Part shown: positions 49,870 to 59,402 of the stretch, one piece after another
Numbering within the stretch: the stretch's first letter is position 1
Layout of the letters: every line of letters starts with the position of its first letter
Source: an uncultured bacterium
GTDB taxonomy: Bacteria; Babelota; Babeliae; Babelales; Babelaceae
DNA: 64,000 nt
Direction of reading: 5' to 3'
Assembly: GCA_963713855.1 (NCBI GenBank)
Contig: OY970209.1
Coordinates: forward strand, 832,001 to 896,000
Position numbers and translations under genes: made by a program
Notes under the pieces: model-generated
The model's input: the letters and a program-made list of their open reading frames with translations, nothing else
Told to the model about the DNA's origin: nothing
Database searches by the model: none

Positions 49870-52122
49870 ATGCAAGTTCGCATTTCGCCGGAGATTTTAG
49901 CAAAGTATCCTAATCTCCTTATTGGTATTGTAGCAGCTTATGGGAGCAAGAATCAGGCTTCTTCGCAAGATATAAGCAAGATGGTACGGGGACAAGAGCA
50001 AGCTCTTGCATCCGCTATTGTGGCAGATCAGCTTGGTGAGCATCCACATATAAAAACGTGGCGTCAAGTGTATAAAAGTTTTGGTGCTCGCTATCAAGAA
50101 CATCCTTCTTCTGTTGAACGGCTTGCTTTACGAGTGCTTAAGGAACATCACATACCTTCCATAAATGCTTTTGTTGACCTCTATAATTACATCTCGCTTA
50201 AGTATCTTTTGCCCATCGGTGGCCAAGACATTGATGCTCTTAAGGGAGATATGGTGCTTTCGTGCGCTCAAGCAGGTGAAAAGCCTGTTACTGTATTAGG
50301 CAGCCAATCACTACAAGCTCCTTTAGAGGGTGAAGTGATCTATAAAGATGAGGAGGGCGCTGTTTGTAGGCGGTGGAACTGGAAAGATGTGCAGCGTGTT
50401 CAGCTTACACTTGCCACCCATAATGCACTTTTTTTGGTCGAAGGCGTCGGCGACATTGATCATGCTATTGTTAGATCAGCAACACATGAGCTTGCGGATC
50501 TAATAAAACGCTTTGGTGGAGGGACCGTTACTGTTGATTTTTTGAGTAAAGAGCAGCCCGAAATTACGCTTAAAAAAGGCGGTGCGTTTGTTGGTCTTAA
50601 AGCTCTAGAGCCTTATGGACTACAATTTTCTGTGTATCATCAGAATCTTATGACTCATGCTGAGTCCCTGTCTTCCGAACATTTAGCACGTGTTTCAAAA
50701 GTGGAAGCGCTTTTAAAAAAGGGTATTGACCCGTGGCCGCCTTCAAAACCAGTGAGTGCTACGTGTCACACCGTTATTGAAGAATACGAAGCTACAAATG
50801 AGACCCAAAACTATACTGTTGCTGGCAGAGTGATGGCAATACGCTTACACGGTAAAGCTGCATTTGTGCATATAAAAGACCGAACGGGAAAGCTCCAACT
50901 CTACCTTAAGCAAGATACCTTAGCTGAGACATTTTCTTTCTTTAAAGAGTACATTGACATAGGCGATATCATCTGGTGTTCTGGTTTTTCTTTTCGTACC
51001 AAAACGGGCGAAGTAACGCTTGATGTTCAAGAACTTGTTCTTGCCGCAAAGAGCCTCTATCCTTTGCCTGAAAAATTTCACGGTATTGCCGACATTGAGA
51101 TTAAGTATCGGCAGCGTTATTTGGATCTTATTACAAGTCCTCAAACAAGAGATCGTTTTATAAAAAGAAGTCATATCATACAAAAGATACGTGAGTATTT
51201 AAATAATCATGACTTTCTTGAAGTAGAAACGCCAATGCTTCATCCTCTGGCTGGTGGAGCTGCAGCGCGTCCTTTCGTTACGCATCATAATGCTCTTAAT
51301 TCAGATTTTTATTTAAGAATTGCTCCAGAGCTTTATCTAAAGCGGTTAGTTATAGGTGGTATTGAGCGTGTTTATGAGATTAATAGAAATTTTAGAAATG
51401 AGGGTGTTTCGACAAAGCATAATCCTGAGTTTACGATGCTCGAGTTTTATATGGCATATGAGGAGTATCACTTCATTATGGGCTTTGTTGAAGATCTACT
51501 TCGTCTTCTAGCACGTGAGGTGTGTGGGTCTTTAGAAGTGCCATTTGGTGAGTATACACTTAATTTCGCAGAGCCTTTTTTACGTATGACGATGCGTGAG
51601 GCGCTTATTACCTATGGCAATATGCACGACGAAGACTTGAATACATCTTTAATTGGTAAAACACTCGAAAGATTTAGTATTAAGCATATTCACCCACAAG
51701 CTTCTCACGGTGAGAAAATTTATGCTCTTTTTGAAGCGTGTGCAGAGTCAAAGCTCATACAACCTACATTTATCATCGATTTTCCTGTTGAAGTATCTCC
51801 GCTTTCTAAAAGGGACCCTCAAAACCCGTCTATTGCTGCTCGGTTTGAGCTTTTTATAGCTGGCATGGAGCTTAGTAACGGATTTAATGAGCTTAATGAT
51901 CCTTACGATCAGGCAGAGCGTTTTAAGCAGCAGCTTAAAGCAAGTGAGCGCGGGGATACTGAGGCCCATAACTATGACAAGGAATATATTCATGCTCTTG
52001 AATATGGACTTCCACCTACCGTAGGTGTGGGTATAGGTATCGATCGCTTAGTTATGCTTCTTACGAATACAACTTCTATTAAAGAGGTTATTCTCTTTCC
52101 GACGCTTAAGCGGAAAGAGTAG
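49870..52122 (+). CDS. lysS: class II lysine--tRNA ligase with an N-terminal B3/B4 editing-type domain
   Basis: N-terminal PSSVE.L..R, PSIN..VDLYN.IS, P.GG.D, CRRWNW; then an OB fold (VAGRVM..R.HGK..F) and YRQRYLDL, LRIAPELYLKRL, FRNEG...HNPEFTMLE, YGLPPT.G.GIGIDRL. Confidence 0.95.
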   Translation: MQVRISPEILAKYPNLLIGIVAAYGSKNQASSQDISKMVRGQEQALASAIVADQLGEHPHIKTWRQVYKSFGARYQEHPSSVERLALRVLKEHHIPSINAFVDLYNYISLKYLLPIGGQDIDALKGDMVLSCAQAGEKPVTVLGSQSLQAPLEGEVIYKDEEGAVCRRWNWKDVQRVQLTLATHNALFLVEGVGDIDHAIVRSATHELADLIKRFGGGTVTVDFLSKEQPEITLKKGGAFVGLKALEPYGLQFSVYHQNLMTHAESLSSEHLARVSKVEALLKKGIDPWPPSKPVSATCHTVIEEYEATNETQNYTVAGRVMAIRLHGKAAFVHIKDRTGKLQLYLKQDTLAETFSFFKEYIDIGDIIWCSGFSFRTKTGEVTLDVQELVLAAKSLYPLPEKFHGIADIEIKYRQRYLDLITSPQTRDRFIKRSHIIQKIREYLNNHDFLEVETPMLHPLAGGAAARPFVTHHNALNSDFYLRIAPELYLKRLVIGGIERVYEINRNFRNEGVSTKHNPEFTMLEFYMAYEEYHFIMGFVEDLLRLLAREVCGSLEVPFGEYTLNFAEPFLRMTMREALITYGNMHDEDLNTSLIGKTLERFSIKHIHPQASHGEKIYALFEACAESKLIQPTFIIDFPVEVSPLSKRDPQNPSIAARFELFIAGMELSNGFNELNDPYDQAERFKQQLKASERGDTEAHNYDKEYIHALEYGLPPTVGVGIGIDRLVMLLTNTTSIKEVILFPTLKRKE

Positions 52123-52125
52123 CGC

Positions 52126-53841
52126 ATGGTTATCCAAGGGCAAAAGTATCGTTGGCAACTTCCTCAAACTAATCTACCGCTTATGCAGGATTTAGCTTCG
52201 CGCTTAAATGTGTGTTTTCCTGTCGTTCAAACATTGCTCACACGTGGCATGGAAAATGTCGCGGATATTGAGCGGTTTCTTTTTAGTCAGGAAGAGCGTG
52301 ATGTTGGCCATCCTTCGCTGCTTAAAGATGCTCTAAAAGCTGTTGACCGTATCATAGAAGCAATTGAGCGGCGCGAAAATATACTTATATGTGGCGACTA
52401 TGATGTTGATGGTATTACTTCTGCATCACTTTTACTCACCTGCCTTCTTCCTTTAGGAGCGCAGGTTAATTTTTTTCTTCCTAACCGTGTGCGTGATGGC
52501 TATGGCTTATCAGTAAAAACGGTAGAGCGAGCTGCTCGCAATGGGTATAAGGTGCTTATTACGGTTGATAATGGTATTACCGCATTTGATGCAGCCCGTG
52601 CAGCACAAATAGCCGGTATTGATCTAATCATTACAGATCATCACCATCCCCATGCAGAAATACCTGACGCATTTGCAATCGTTAACCCGCATCAAAAAAC
52701 ATGCCCCTATCCCTTTAAATATTTTGCGGGGGTCGGGGTTGGTTTTAAGCTCATGGCATACCTTTATGAAAAGCTTGGCTTAACATTGCCTAAAAAGGTG
52801 TATGAGCTTCTATTACTTGGTACTGTAGCAGACGTTGTTCCATTAAAGGATGAAAATAGGTTTTGGGTCCGTTACGGCCTTAATCAGATACACAAGGAAG
52901 AGAGTTTTGCCTTAAAAGTGCTCAAGAAAAATGGCCGCGTAACTAAAAGTGATCTTACGTCAACTGATATTGGTTTTTTCCTTACCCCTCAAATCAATGC
53001 CCTGGGGCGTCTTGATGATCCACGTGATGGTGTTAAATTTTTGATGAGCAGTGACCCTCTTGAAGTTGAGCGTATTGGCACCATTTTAGCTTCTTTTAAT
53101 GAGGCGCGTAAGCTTGTTGAGCGGTCTATTGTACAAAACATAGAAGCTACATTGGCGCAGAAAGATTTTTCAGAAGAGTGGATTATTGTAGAGTCAAGCC
53201 ATGACTGGCCAGCGGGTGTTATAGGGCTTGCAGCTTCCCGTTTAGTGAGTACTTATTATCGCCCTGCGTTTCTCTTTCATGTTACTCGAGAAGGAATAGC
53301 AAAGGGTTCATGCCGCTCTTTACCATCCTTTAATGTTTTTCATGCCCTGGTTGAAGTAAAAGATCTTCTTTTAACCTTTGGCGGTCACGCTGCAGCTGCT
53401 GGCTTATCGTTGCGGGCAGAAAAATTGCCTATTTTTAAAGAACGCATGGTAGAAATCGTTAAAAGTAAGTTAACACGTGATGATTTGCACCCTGTTCTCA
53501 TGCTTGATGCACAACTTTCACTTCCTGAAGCAAATCAGGCTATTGTGCGAGACTTAAAATTTCTTGAACCATTTGGCTGCGATAATCCGGTTCCTTTCTT
53601 TTATGTACGCGATGCGACGCTTATAAATCCGCCGCAGCTTTTAAAAGACGCACACGTAAAATGTACTATTTTTGCAGATGGTGTTGTAAAGCCTGTAATC
53701 TTTTTCAATAGACCTGAGCTCTTTTCTTTTTTGGCTGCGCATGTTTCAGAGCCAGTCGATCTGGTCGTTCACATTCTTGAAAACAATTGGAATAATGAAG
53801 CGCGTGTTGAATTACAGGGAATCGATATTGCACTGGTATAA
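52126..53841 (+). CDS. recJ: single-stranded DNA exonuclease RecJ
   Basis: GDYDVDG, ITVDNG, TDHH, GTVADVVPL, P.INA.GRL, GSCRS, GGHAAAAGL. Confidence 0.96.
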   Translation: MVIQGQKYRWQLPQTNLPLMQDLASRLNVCFPVVQTLLTRGMENVADIERFLFSQEERDVGHPSLLKDALKAVDRIIEAIERRENILICGDYDVDGITSASLLLTCLLPLGAQVNFFLPNRVRDGYGLSVKTVERAARNGYKVLITVDNGITAFDAARAAQIAGIDLIITDHHHPHAEIPDAFAIVNPHQKTCPYPFKYFAGVGVGFKLMAYLYEKLGLTLPKKVYELLLLGTVADVVPLKDENRFWVRYGLNQIHKEESFALKVLKKNGRVTKSDLTSTDIGFFLTPQINALGRLDDPRDGVKFLMSSDPLEVERIGTILASFNEARKLVERSIVQNIEATLAQKDFSEEWIIVESSHDWPAGVIGLAASRLVSTYYRPAFLFHVTREGIAKGSCRSLPSFNVFHALVEVKDLLLTFGGHAAAAGLSLRAEKLPIFKERMVEIVKSKLTRDDLHPVLMLDAQLSLPEANQAIVRDLKFLEPFGCDNPVPFFYVRDATLINPPQLLKDAHVKCTIFADGVVKPVIFFNRPELFSFLAAHVSEPVDLVVHILENNWNNEARVELQGIDIALV

Positions 53842-53846
53842 AAATT

Positions 53847-54539
53847 ATGATCATCACTCTTGACGGCCCGAGCGCCAGCGGTAAATCTTCGATTGCACGC
53901 ATTTTAGCCACTGATTTACGCTACGTCTACCTCAATACGGGATTACTCTACAGAGCCCTTGGCTATATTCTCATGCAAAGATATGGCTATACTCTCGATA
54001 CGCTCAAGGCTCCCAAAGAAAAAGACATCCAAGAGGCTCTTATAAAAGACTGCTTTGAGTATACCTACGATGTACGTACTGGCAGCCAAATATTTTTCAA
54101 AAAAGAAGATATAACGTCGTATCTCAAGACACCGTGCATAGATCAAGCGTCTTCGATTGTCAGCGCTGACGAATACGTGCGTTTTGCGCTTTTAGGAGTG
54201 CAAAGAGCTCTTGGCGAGCTATCTAATCTCGTGGCGGAAGGCCGAGATTGCGGCTCTGTCGTTTTTCCTGAGGCTGATTATAAATTTTTCATTACTGCTT
54301 CACTTTTAGTACGTGCTCATCGTTGGCAGGAAGATCAAAAGAAAAAGGGAATAGCTATTTTGCTAAAAGGAGCGCTTGAGAGTATTACAGTGCGCGATGA
54401 GCGAGATTCTCATCGCGAGGTTGCCCCCCTTGTAATTCCGCAAGGAGCTTATGTTTTAGATACTTCATCTATAAGCATTAGTCAGAGCATTGAATGTATA
54501 AAAAAAATTATTTCTGATCGTACTAGAAAAGCGAAGTAG
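53847..54539 (+). CDS. cmk: cytidylate kinase
   Basis: ITLDGPSASGKSS, NTGLLYRA, EGRD.GSVVFP.A, RDERDS.R..APL. Confidence 0.96.
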   Translation: MIITLDGPSASGKSSIARILATDLRYVYLNTGLLYRALGYILMQRYGYTLDTLKAPKEKDIQEALIKDCFEYTYDVRTGSQIFFKKEDITSYLKTPCIDQASSIVSADEYVRFALLGVQRALGELSNLVAEGRDCGSVVFPEADYKFFITASLLVRAHRWQEDQKKKGIAILLKGALESITVRDERDSHREVAPLVIPQGAYVLDTSSISISQSIECIKKIISDRTRKAK

Positions 54540-54694
54540 AAGTAAGAAGTTTTTTGTATTAATAAACTTACTTATCTTTCAATGTTGCACCATTTAGTAA
54601 AGAACATACTTTGCTTCCCGTTTTGACAAACACACTCTTTAGCGTTACCATACGAACAATCTTATTGGGATCGCCTACAAAAACGAGGTTAAAC

Positions 54695-55696
54695 ATGACT
54701 CTGCGAGCGATGTTAGTCGGTTTTGTTTTTCTCTTGTGCTTTATGCATTCTACCAACGCGATGGATTTTTTCAGGAATTCAAAAAAGAGGGCCAAAAATG
54801 CTCTTGAAAAGGTTATGGGAGCTCCCGAGAAAAGCAAGGAAGATAAGGCATTGGATTTAATTCTAGAAAAAGCGCCCACTAAAAAAAGTTTGGCAAGAGC
54901 TCGCAAACTTATAAGGAATGGTGCTCAGATTTCAAGGCACACTAATAATGATTCAGACAACATTGGTTTAGAATTTCAGAAGTTTCTCACTTTGATGCTT
55001 CTTTTAGATGGGCAGAGGGACGAGTTTCTTGCCCAATCCATACAAGGCCTAATGCGTACAATTGTAGAGTTCACGCCAAGCATTTTGACGGCAGTCGATG
55101 AGTCGGGAAACTCTTTAGTACACCAAGCAATTCTTGGAAGAAACAGCCCTGCGCTTGCGTTTCTTTTAAGCCTACAAGATCAGATTGAAAGCGTGCTCGT
55201 TATTCGTAATGACGATGATTTGACGCCTCTGCAATTAGCACAAAGAAAAGCTGAAGATGGCGGCAAAGAGGAAGGCCTTATTTTTAATCAACTAAATGAA
55301 TTCATAGAAGAACTCGTGCGGCATATGAACTACAAATCCTTTGTAGTGGATTCTGCAAGTTCCTCAATTCGGATTGCAACAAGAGTTTATAGATCCGTTT
55401 TACCAGAAAATGATGAGTCCAAGGAAATTGCTACCGACATAGGCACCCTAAGTACTGTCGGTGAGGGAGATCTTCCACACCTGAGAAGCCCTTATGAACC
55501 TGAACCGCGAAGGCTTCCATTAAACGATCACTCATCTATCAAGTTGGGACATATTATTTCCAATCCTAAAATAAAATGGCTTTTACGTCTGGCAGGCACA
55601 GCAGCTGTTTTCGCGGCATTTTACGGGCTTAAAGAGGCTTACCAATATCTTTTCTCCGACGTGCATGGGGATAGTGGACAGAAAAGAGAGCTCTAA
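54695..55696 (+). CDS. exported protein with degenerate ankyrin repeats (signal peptide, MD, C-terminal transmembrane helix)
   Basis: GAGG RBS; ...STNA-MDFF; DESGNSLVHQA, NDDDLTPLQLA; WLLRLAGTAAVFAAFYGL. Confidence 0.8.
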   Translation: MTLRAMLVGFVFLLCFMHSTNAMDFFRNSKKRAKNALEKVMGAPEKSKEDKALDLILEKAPTKKSLARARKLIRNGAQISRHTNNDSDNIGLEFQKFLTLMLLLDGQRDEFLAQSIQGLMRTIVEFTPSILTAVDESGNSLVHQAILGRNSPALAFLLSLQDQIESVLVIRNDDDLTPLQLAQRKAEDGGKEEGLIFNQLNEFIEELVRHMNYKSFVVDSASSSIRIATRVYRSVLPENDESKEIATDIGTLSTVGEGDLPHLRSPYEPEPRRLPLNDHSSIKLGHIISNPKIKWLLRLAGTAAVFAAFYGLKEAYQYLFSDVHGDSGQKREL

Positions 55697-55760
55697 AATG
55701 AGGCATAGCTATCATTGCATTCGAAACACATTGAAAATAAAAGAATAAAAAGGGGAGATT

Positions 55761-58700
55761 ATGTTTTTTTACTACCGTATTACAAGGTATTGTTTCCTAC
55801 TTTTTTGGCTTTTTTCAATCGCACCATTAGAGGTCTGTGCAATCAGCGAGGTAAGCTATTCTTTGCCAGGAGCTTCTATATGGCCCACAGCTTTATCATT
55901 TTCACCGAATGGGTCGTATCTTGCTACGGCTAATTTAAATGATATATCTATTTTTAATGTGGGGGTAGGGGGAATTTCTAATCAGGGAAGTTCGTTTTTG
56001 CTACCTCCAGGTCCCACTAATCCTGTCTCCGGAGCTCTTTCAGCAAACGGTTTATACTTTGCAACTGCTAATTTTGATACTAATGATATCACCGTATTCA
56101 GTGTCGGAGCAGATGGATCACTAAGTGGAAATATTTCCTATCCTTTACCTTCTAACTTTATGGCGCCTCAGTCAATAGCCTTCTCCCCCAATAATCTTTA
56201 CCTTGCTATCACTAACGGGAGCGTCCATGGGGTGACCTTATTTAATGTTGAAGCAGCGGGAGCTTTGGGGGCTGGAACATCATATTCTCTACCAACGGGC
56301 TCTTCTTCAGCTAATTCGGCCGTATTTTCCCCCGATAGTAACTATCTTGCTACAGCTAATGTTCTTTCAAACGATATTACCATTTTTACCGTGCAAACGG
56401 GTGGGACGCTAACTAGTGGTATCTCTTATGCCTTACCTTCGGGCTCTTTTATTTCCCCTACGCTAGCATTTTCGCCGGATGGCTCCTTTGTTGCTGTTGT
56501 TACTACCGATGCATCTTCAGCAATTAGCATAACCATATTTAGCGTAGAAGCAGGGGGAGTTTTAAGTAATAGTGGTTCATATCTATTGCCATCCGGCTCT
56601 TTCCCCTCTCCCTCTCCTAACGCCTTAGCATTTTCGCCTAATGGCGCATATCTTGCCACTGCTAATCTAACGAATATTACAGTTTTTCAGGTACAATCTG
56701 GAGGGATGCTTAGTGGCGGAATTTCTTACCCACTGCCATCAGGCTCCTCCGACGCTTGGGCAATAGCATTCTCCCCGGATAGCTCATATCTCGCAACGGC
56801 AAACGCTGCAACGAGCAACGTCGCTGTGTTTGCAGTAGGATCTGGTGGAGCATTGAGTCCAGGTACTTTATACTCCATGCCGTCAGGGTCTCAAATCCCT
56901 CATTCAGTATCTTTTACACCAGACAACTCCTACCTCATTACGGCAAACGCTGTATCGCACGATGTAACAGTATTTAGCCTAGGAGCAGGAGAAATACTGA
57001 GCGCAGGAACTTCATATCAGGTATTATCTAATTCAATACAACCATCGGCACTTTCATTTTCGTCAGATAGTTCGTACCTTGCTATTAGCAGTATTCAGAC
57101 AAGCGAAGTAACCATAATGAATGTGGAATCAGGCGGGTTTTTGAGTGCAGTCGGATCATATTCTTTGCCCTCTCCGTCTTTTCAGCCTAGCTCTGTAGCA
57201 TTCTCGCCGAATGGCTTGTATGTAGCAACCTGTAACTATACAGAAGACGTGACGATATTTAAAGTTGGAGCGGGAGGCGTGCTGAGTAATGGCACATCAT
57301 ATCCACTGCCGTCTCTAAGCAGTTCCGTTCCTATATCAATAGCATTCTCTCCTGATAGCTCGTATATTGCCGTATGCGATGAAGTCACAAATAGTGTTAC
57401 TGTATTGAGCGTAGGTTCGGGAGGTGTTTTAAGCGCAGGTACTTCCTATGCCCTACCGCCTAGTTCTTACGCGCCAAAGTGCGTGGCATTTTCACCGAAT
57501 GGTTCCTATCTCTTTACTGCTAATGGGAATTCTAATAATGTAACCGTATTCCAGGTTGGTGCTGGTGGAGTACTGAGCGCAGGAACTTCATATCCGATTC
57601 CCTCAGGTTCGGTGGGTCCGCGATCAATATCTTTTCCCTCCAACGGCGCTTTTATTGCAACCGCAAATGCTTTTTCGAATGATGTCACCGTATTTAGTGT
57701 TGGAACTGGAGGTACACTTAATGCCGGAACTTCTTATCCTATACCTTCTGCTTCTACAAATCCCCAGCAAGCGGTATTTTTACCGAGCGGCTTAGATCTT
57801 GCTACTGCAAATTATGGCTCGTCTGACATCAGTATATTTCCCGTGACGAACGGGGTGCTGAGTGGGGGGACATCTTACCCTTTACCGCCACTTTTTAGAG
57901 GATCCCGTGCTCCCGTTGCAGTGGCCTTTTCACCAAATCTTTCGTATCTTGTCACCGCAAACTTTGATTCAAGTGACGTAACACTCTTCGATGCAGCGTC
58001 AAGTAATGGTACACTCACGTTGGGAGCAAAAAAATCATATCCATTACCGCGTAATCAACGCGGACCATCGTTTCCCTCTTCAATAGATTTTTCCGTGGAT
58101 AATTTGTATGTCTTAACTGCTAACGATGGATCTAACGATGTAACGGTATTTCAATTGACGGGTGGACAATTATTAAATCCCACCTCGTATCCACTGCCAG
58201 GAAATGCCACAAATCCAACCTCATTACAATTCTCGCCAGATAATCTTTACGTTGCAGTAGCTAACGGCAATTCCAATACTATTGCCATATTTAATTTTGC
58301 GGCAGGTACGTTAACGAATGGGGCAAGCTTTGCTCTACCGAGTGGAGGCTTAGATCCTGAAGCACTTGCTTTTACGCCAGATGGCTCCTATCTTGCAACG
58401 GCAAACCACGGCTCGAACAATATTGCTCTTTTTCCCTTCTCATCGGGCATTCTGCAAAGCGGTACTTTGACTGCCTTACCAACTGGATCTAGCGGACCTC
58501 AAGCGCTTGTGTTCTTCTCGTCATCCAATACCATTTTGCTCCTTTTTACTGCAAATGGTATATCGAATGACATTACCACTTATAGTGTTCAAGCAGGTAC
58601 TTTAAGTAATGGTAAGTCATACTTATTGCCTAATGGAGCTCTTAATCCTCGGTCAATAGCTGTATCACCCAATGGGGTGTATCTTGCAACCGCTAATATT

Positions 58701-59084
58701 GCTTCGAACAGCTTCTCGCTTTTTACTATTAACGGAGGAGCATTGAGTACGGCTACTTCTTATAATTTGCCTGTAAACTCGACGAGCTGTATTGCTATCA
58801 ACTTTGCTCCAAGACCGCAAGCTGGGCAAGTATTTCTTGCAACTGCAAATTTTGATTCGAATGACGTCACCGTAGCCAACTTGCTTGCCGGCAGTAACGG
58901 AGGCGGAGATGGAAGCGTTCCATTAGGGGTTATTGTTGGAGTTTCAGTAGGCGTTCCGGTAGGCCTTGCTCTTCTTGTGGGTGCTGTGACTACTGCGAGT
59001 TTTCTTCTATACAAATATTTGCACCGCCATCCAGGTGGCAGCGTTAATTTTAATGGAAGTGAAGTGGCTCATGAAGTACTTTGA
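55761..59084 (+). CDS. surface protein with 21 beta-propeller blades and a C-terminal transmembrane anchor (paralog B)
   Basis: GGAG RBS, signal peptide, 21 counted repeats, transmembrane helix, tail YKYLHRHPGGSVNF. Confidence 0.9.
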   Translation: MFFYYRITRYCFLLFWLFSIAPLEVCAISEVSYSLPGASIWPTALSFSPNGSYLATANLNDISIFNVGVGGISNQGSSFLLPPGPTNPVSGALSANGLYFATANFDTNDITVFSVGADGSLSGNISYPLPSNFMAPQSIAFSPNNLYLAITNGSVHGVTLFNVEAAGALGAGTSYSLPTGSSSANSAVFSPDSNYLATANVLSNDITIFTVQTGGTLTSGISYALPSGSFISPTLAFSPDGSFVAVVTTDASSAISITIFSVEAGGVLSNSGSYLLPSGSFPSPSPNALAFSPNGAYLATANLTNITVFQVQSGGMLSGGISYPLPSGSSDAWAIAFSPDSSYLATANAATSNVAVFAVGSGGALSPGTLYSMPSGSQIPHSVSFTPDNSYLITANAVSHDVTVFSLGAGEILSAGTSYQVLSNSIQPSALSFSSDSSYLAISSIQTSEVTIMNVESGGFLSAVGSYSLPSPSFQPSSVAFSPNGLYVATCNYTEDVTIFKVGAGGVLSNGTSYPLPSLSSSVPISIAFSPDSSYIAVCDEVTNSVTVLSVGSGGVLSAGTSYALPPSSYAPKCVAFSPNGSYLFTANGNSNNVTVFQVGAGGVLSAGTSYPIPSGSVGPRSISFPSNGAFIATANAFSNDVTVFSVGTGGTLNAGTSYPIPSASTNPQQAVFLPSGLDLATANYGSSDISIFPVTNGVLSGGTSYPLPPLFRGSRAPVAVAFSPNLSYLVTANFDSSDVTLFDAASSNGTLTLGAKKSYPLPRNQRGPSFPSSIDFSVDNLYVLTANDGSNDVTVFQLTGGQLLNPTSYPLPGNATNPTSLQFSPDNLYVAVANGNSNTIAIFNFAAGTLTNGASFALPSGGLDPEALAFTPDGSYLATANHGSNNIALFPFSSGILQSGTLTALPTGSSGPQALVFFSSSNTILLLFTANGISNDITTYSVQAGTLSNGKSYLLPNGALNPRSIAVSPNGVYLATANIASNSFSLFTINGGALSTATSYNLPVNSTSCIAINFAPRPQAGQVFLATANFDSNDVTVANLLAGSNGGGDGSVPLGVIVGVSVGVPVGLALLVGAVTTASFLLYKYLHRHPGGSVNFNGSEVAHEVL

Positions 59085-59257
59085 ACTATTAAGATGAATT
59101 TTGCTCAAATTAGCAGTAATGGCACTCAGAGAAAGATCACCTTTTCTGAGCTCGACTCCATCATGGGTTCTTTTACGGGAGAAAAGTATTCATACTTTTG
59201 CAGTTGCGTCAGAACCGTTGTAGAAATGTTAATGACATATCGTGTGAGGTTCATGCG

Positions 59258-59285
59258 TTGACAAAAGCTGAAGAGGTGTTAAGAT
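59258..59285 (+). promoter_or_regulatory. putative sigma70 promoter
   Basis: TTGACA-16 nt-TAAGAT with a TG extended -10, about 115 nt upstream of 59403. Confidence 0.45.
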
Positions 59286-59402
59286 GCGACTCAATGAGTT
59301 AGGCCTTTTTCTCTGGGCCCTACGCCGCCTTTTAGTAGTTTTGAAAGACTATTAGGAAAGCTGATGAAATCTGGTTTTAGGTTATAAGACTGGAGTAAAG
59401 CT

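Noticed and set aside
59093..59260. 55-codon ORF after propeller paralog B
   Set aside because: No RBS or recognisable motif, and it overlaps a probable terminator hairpin and the next promoter.
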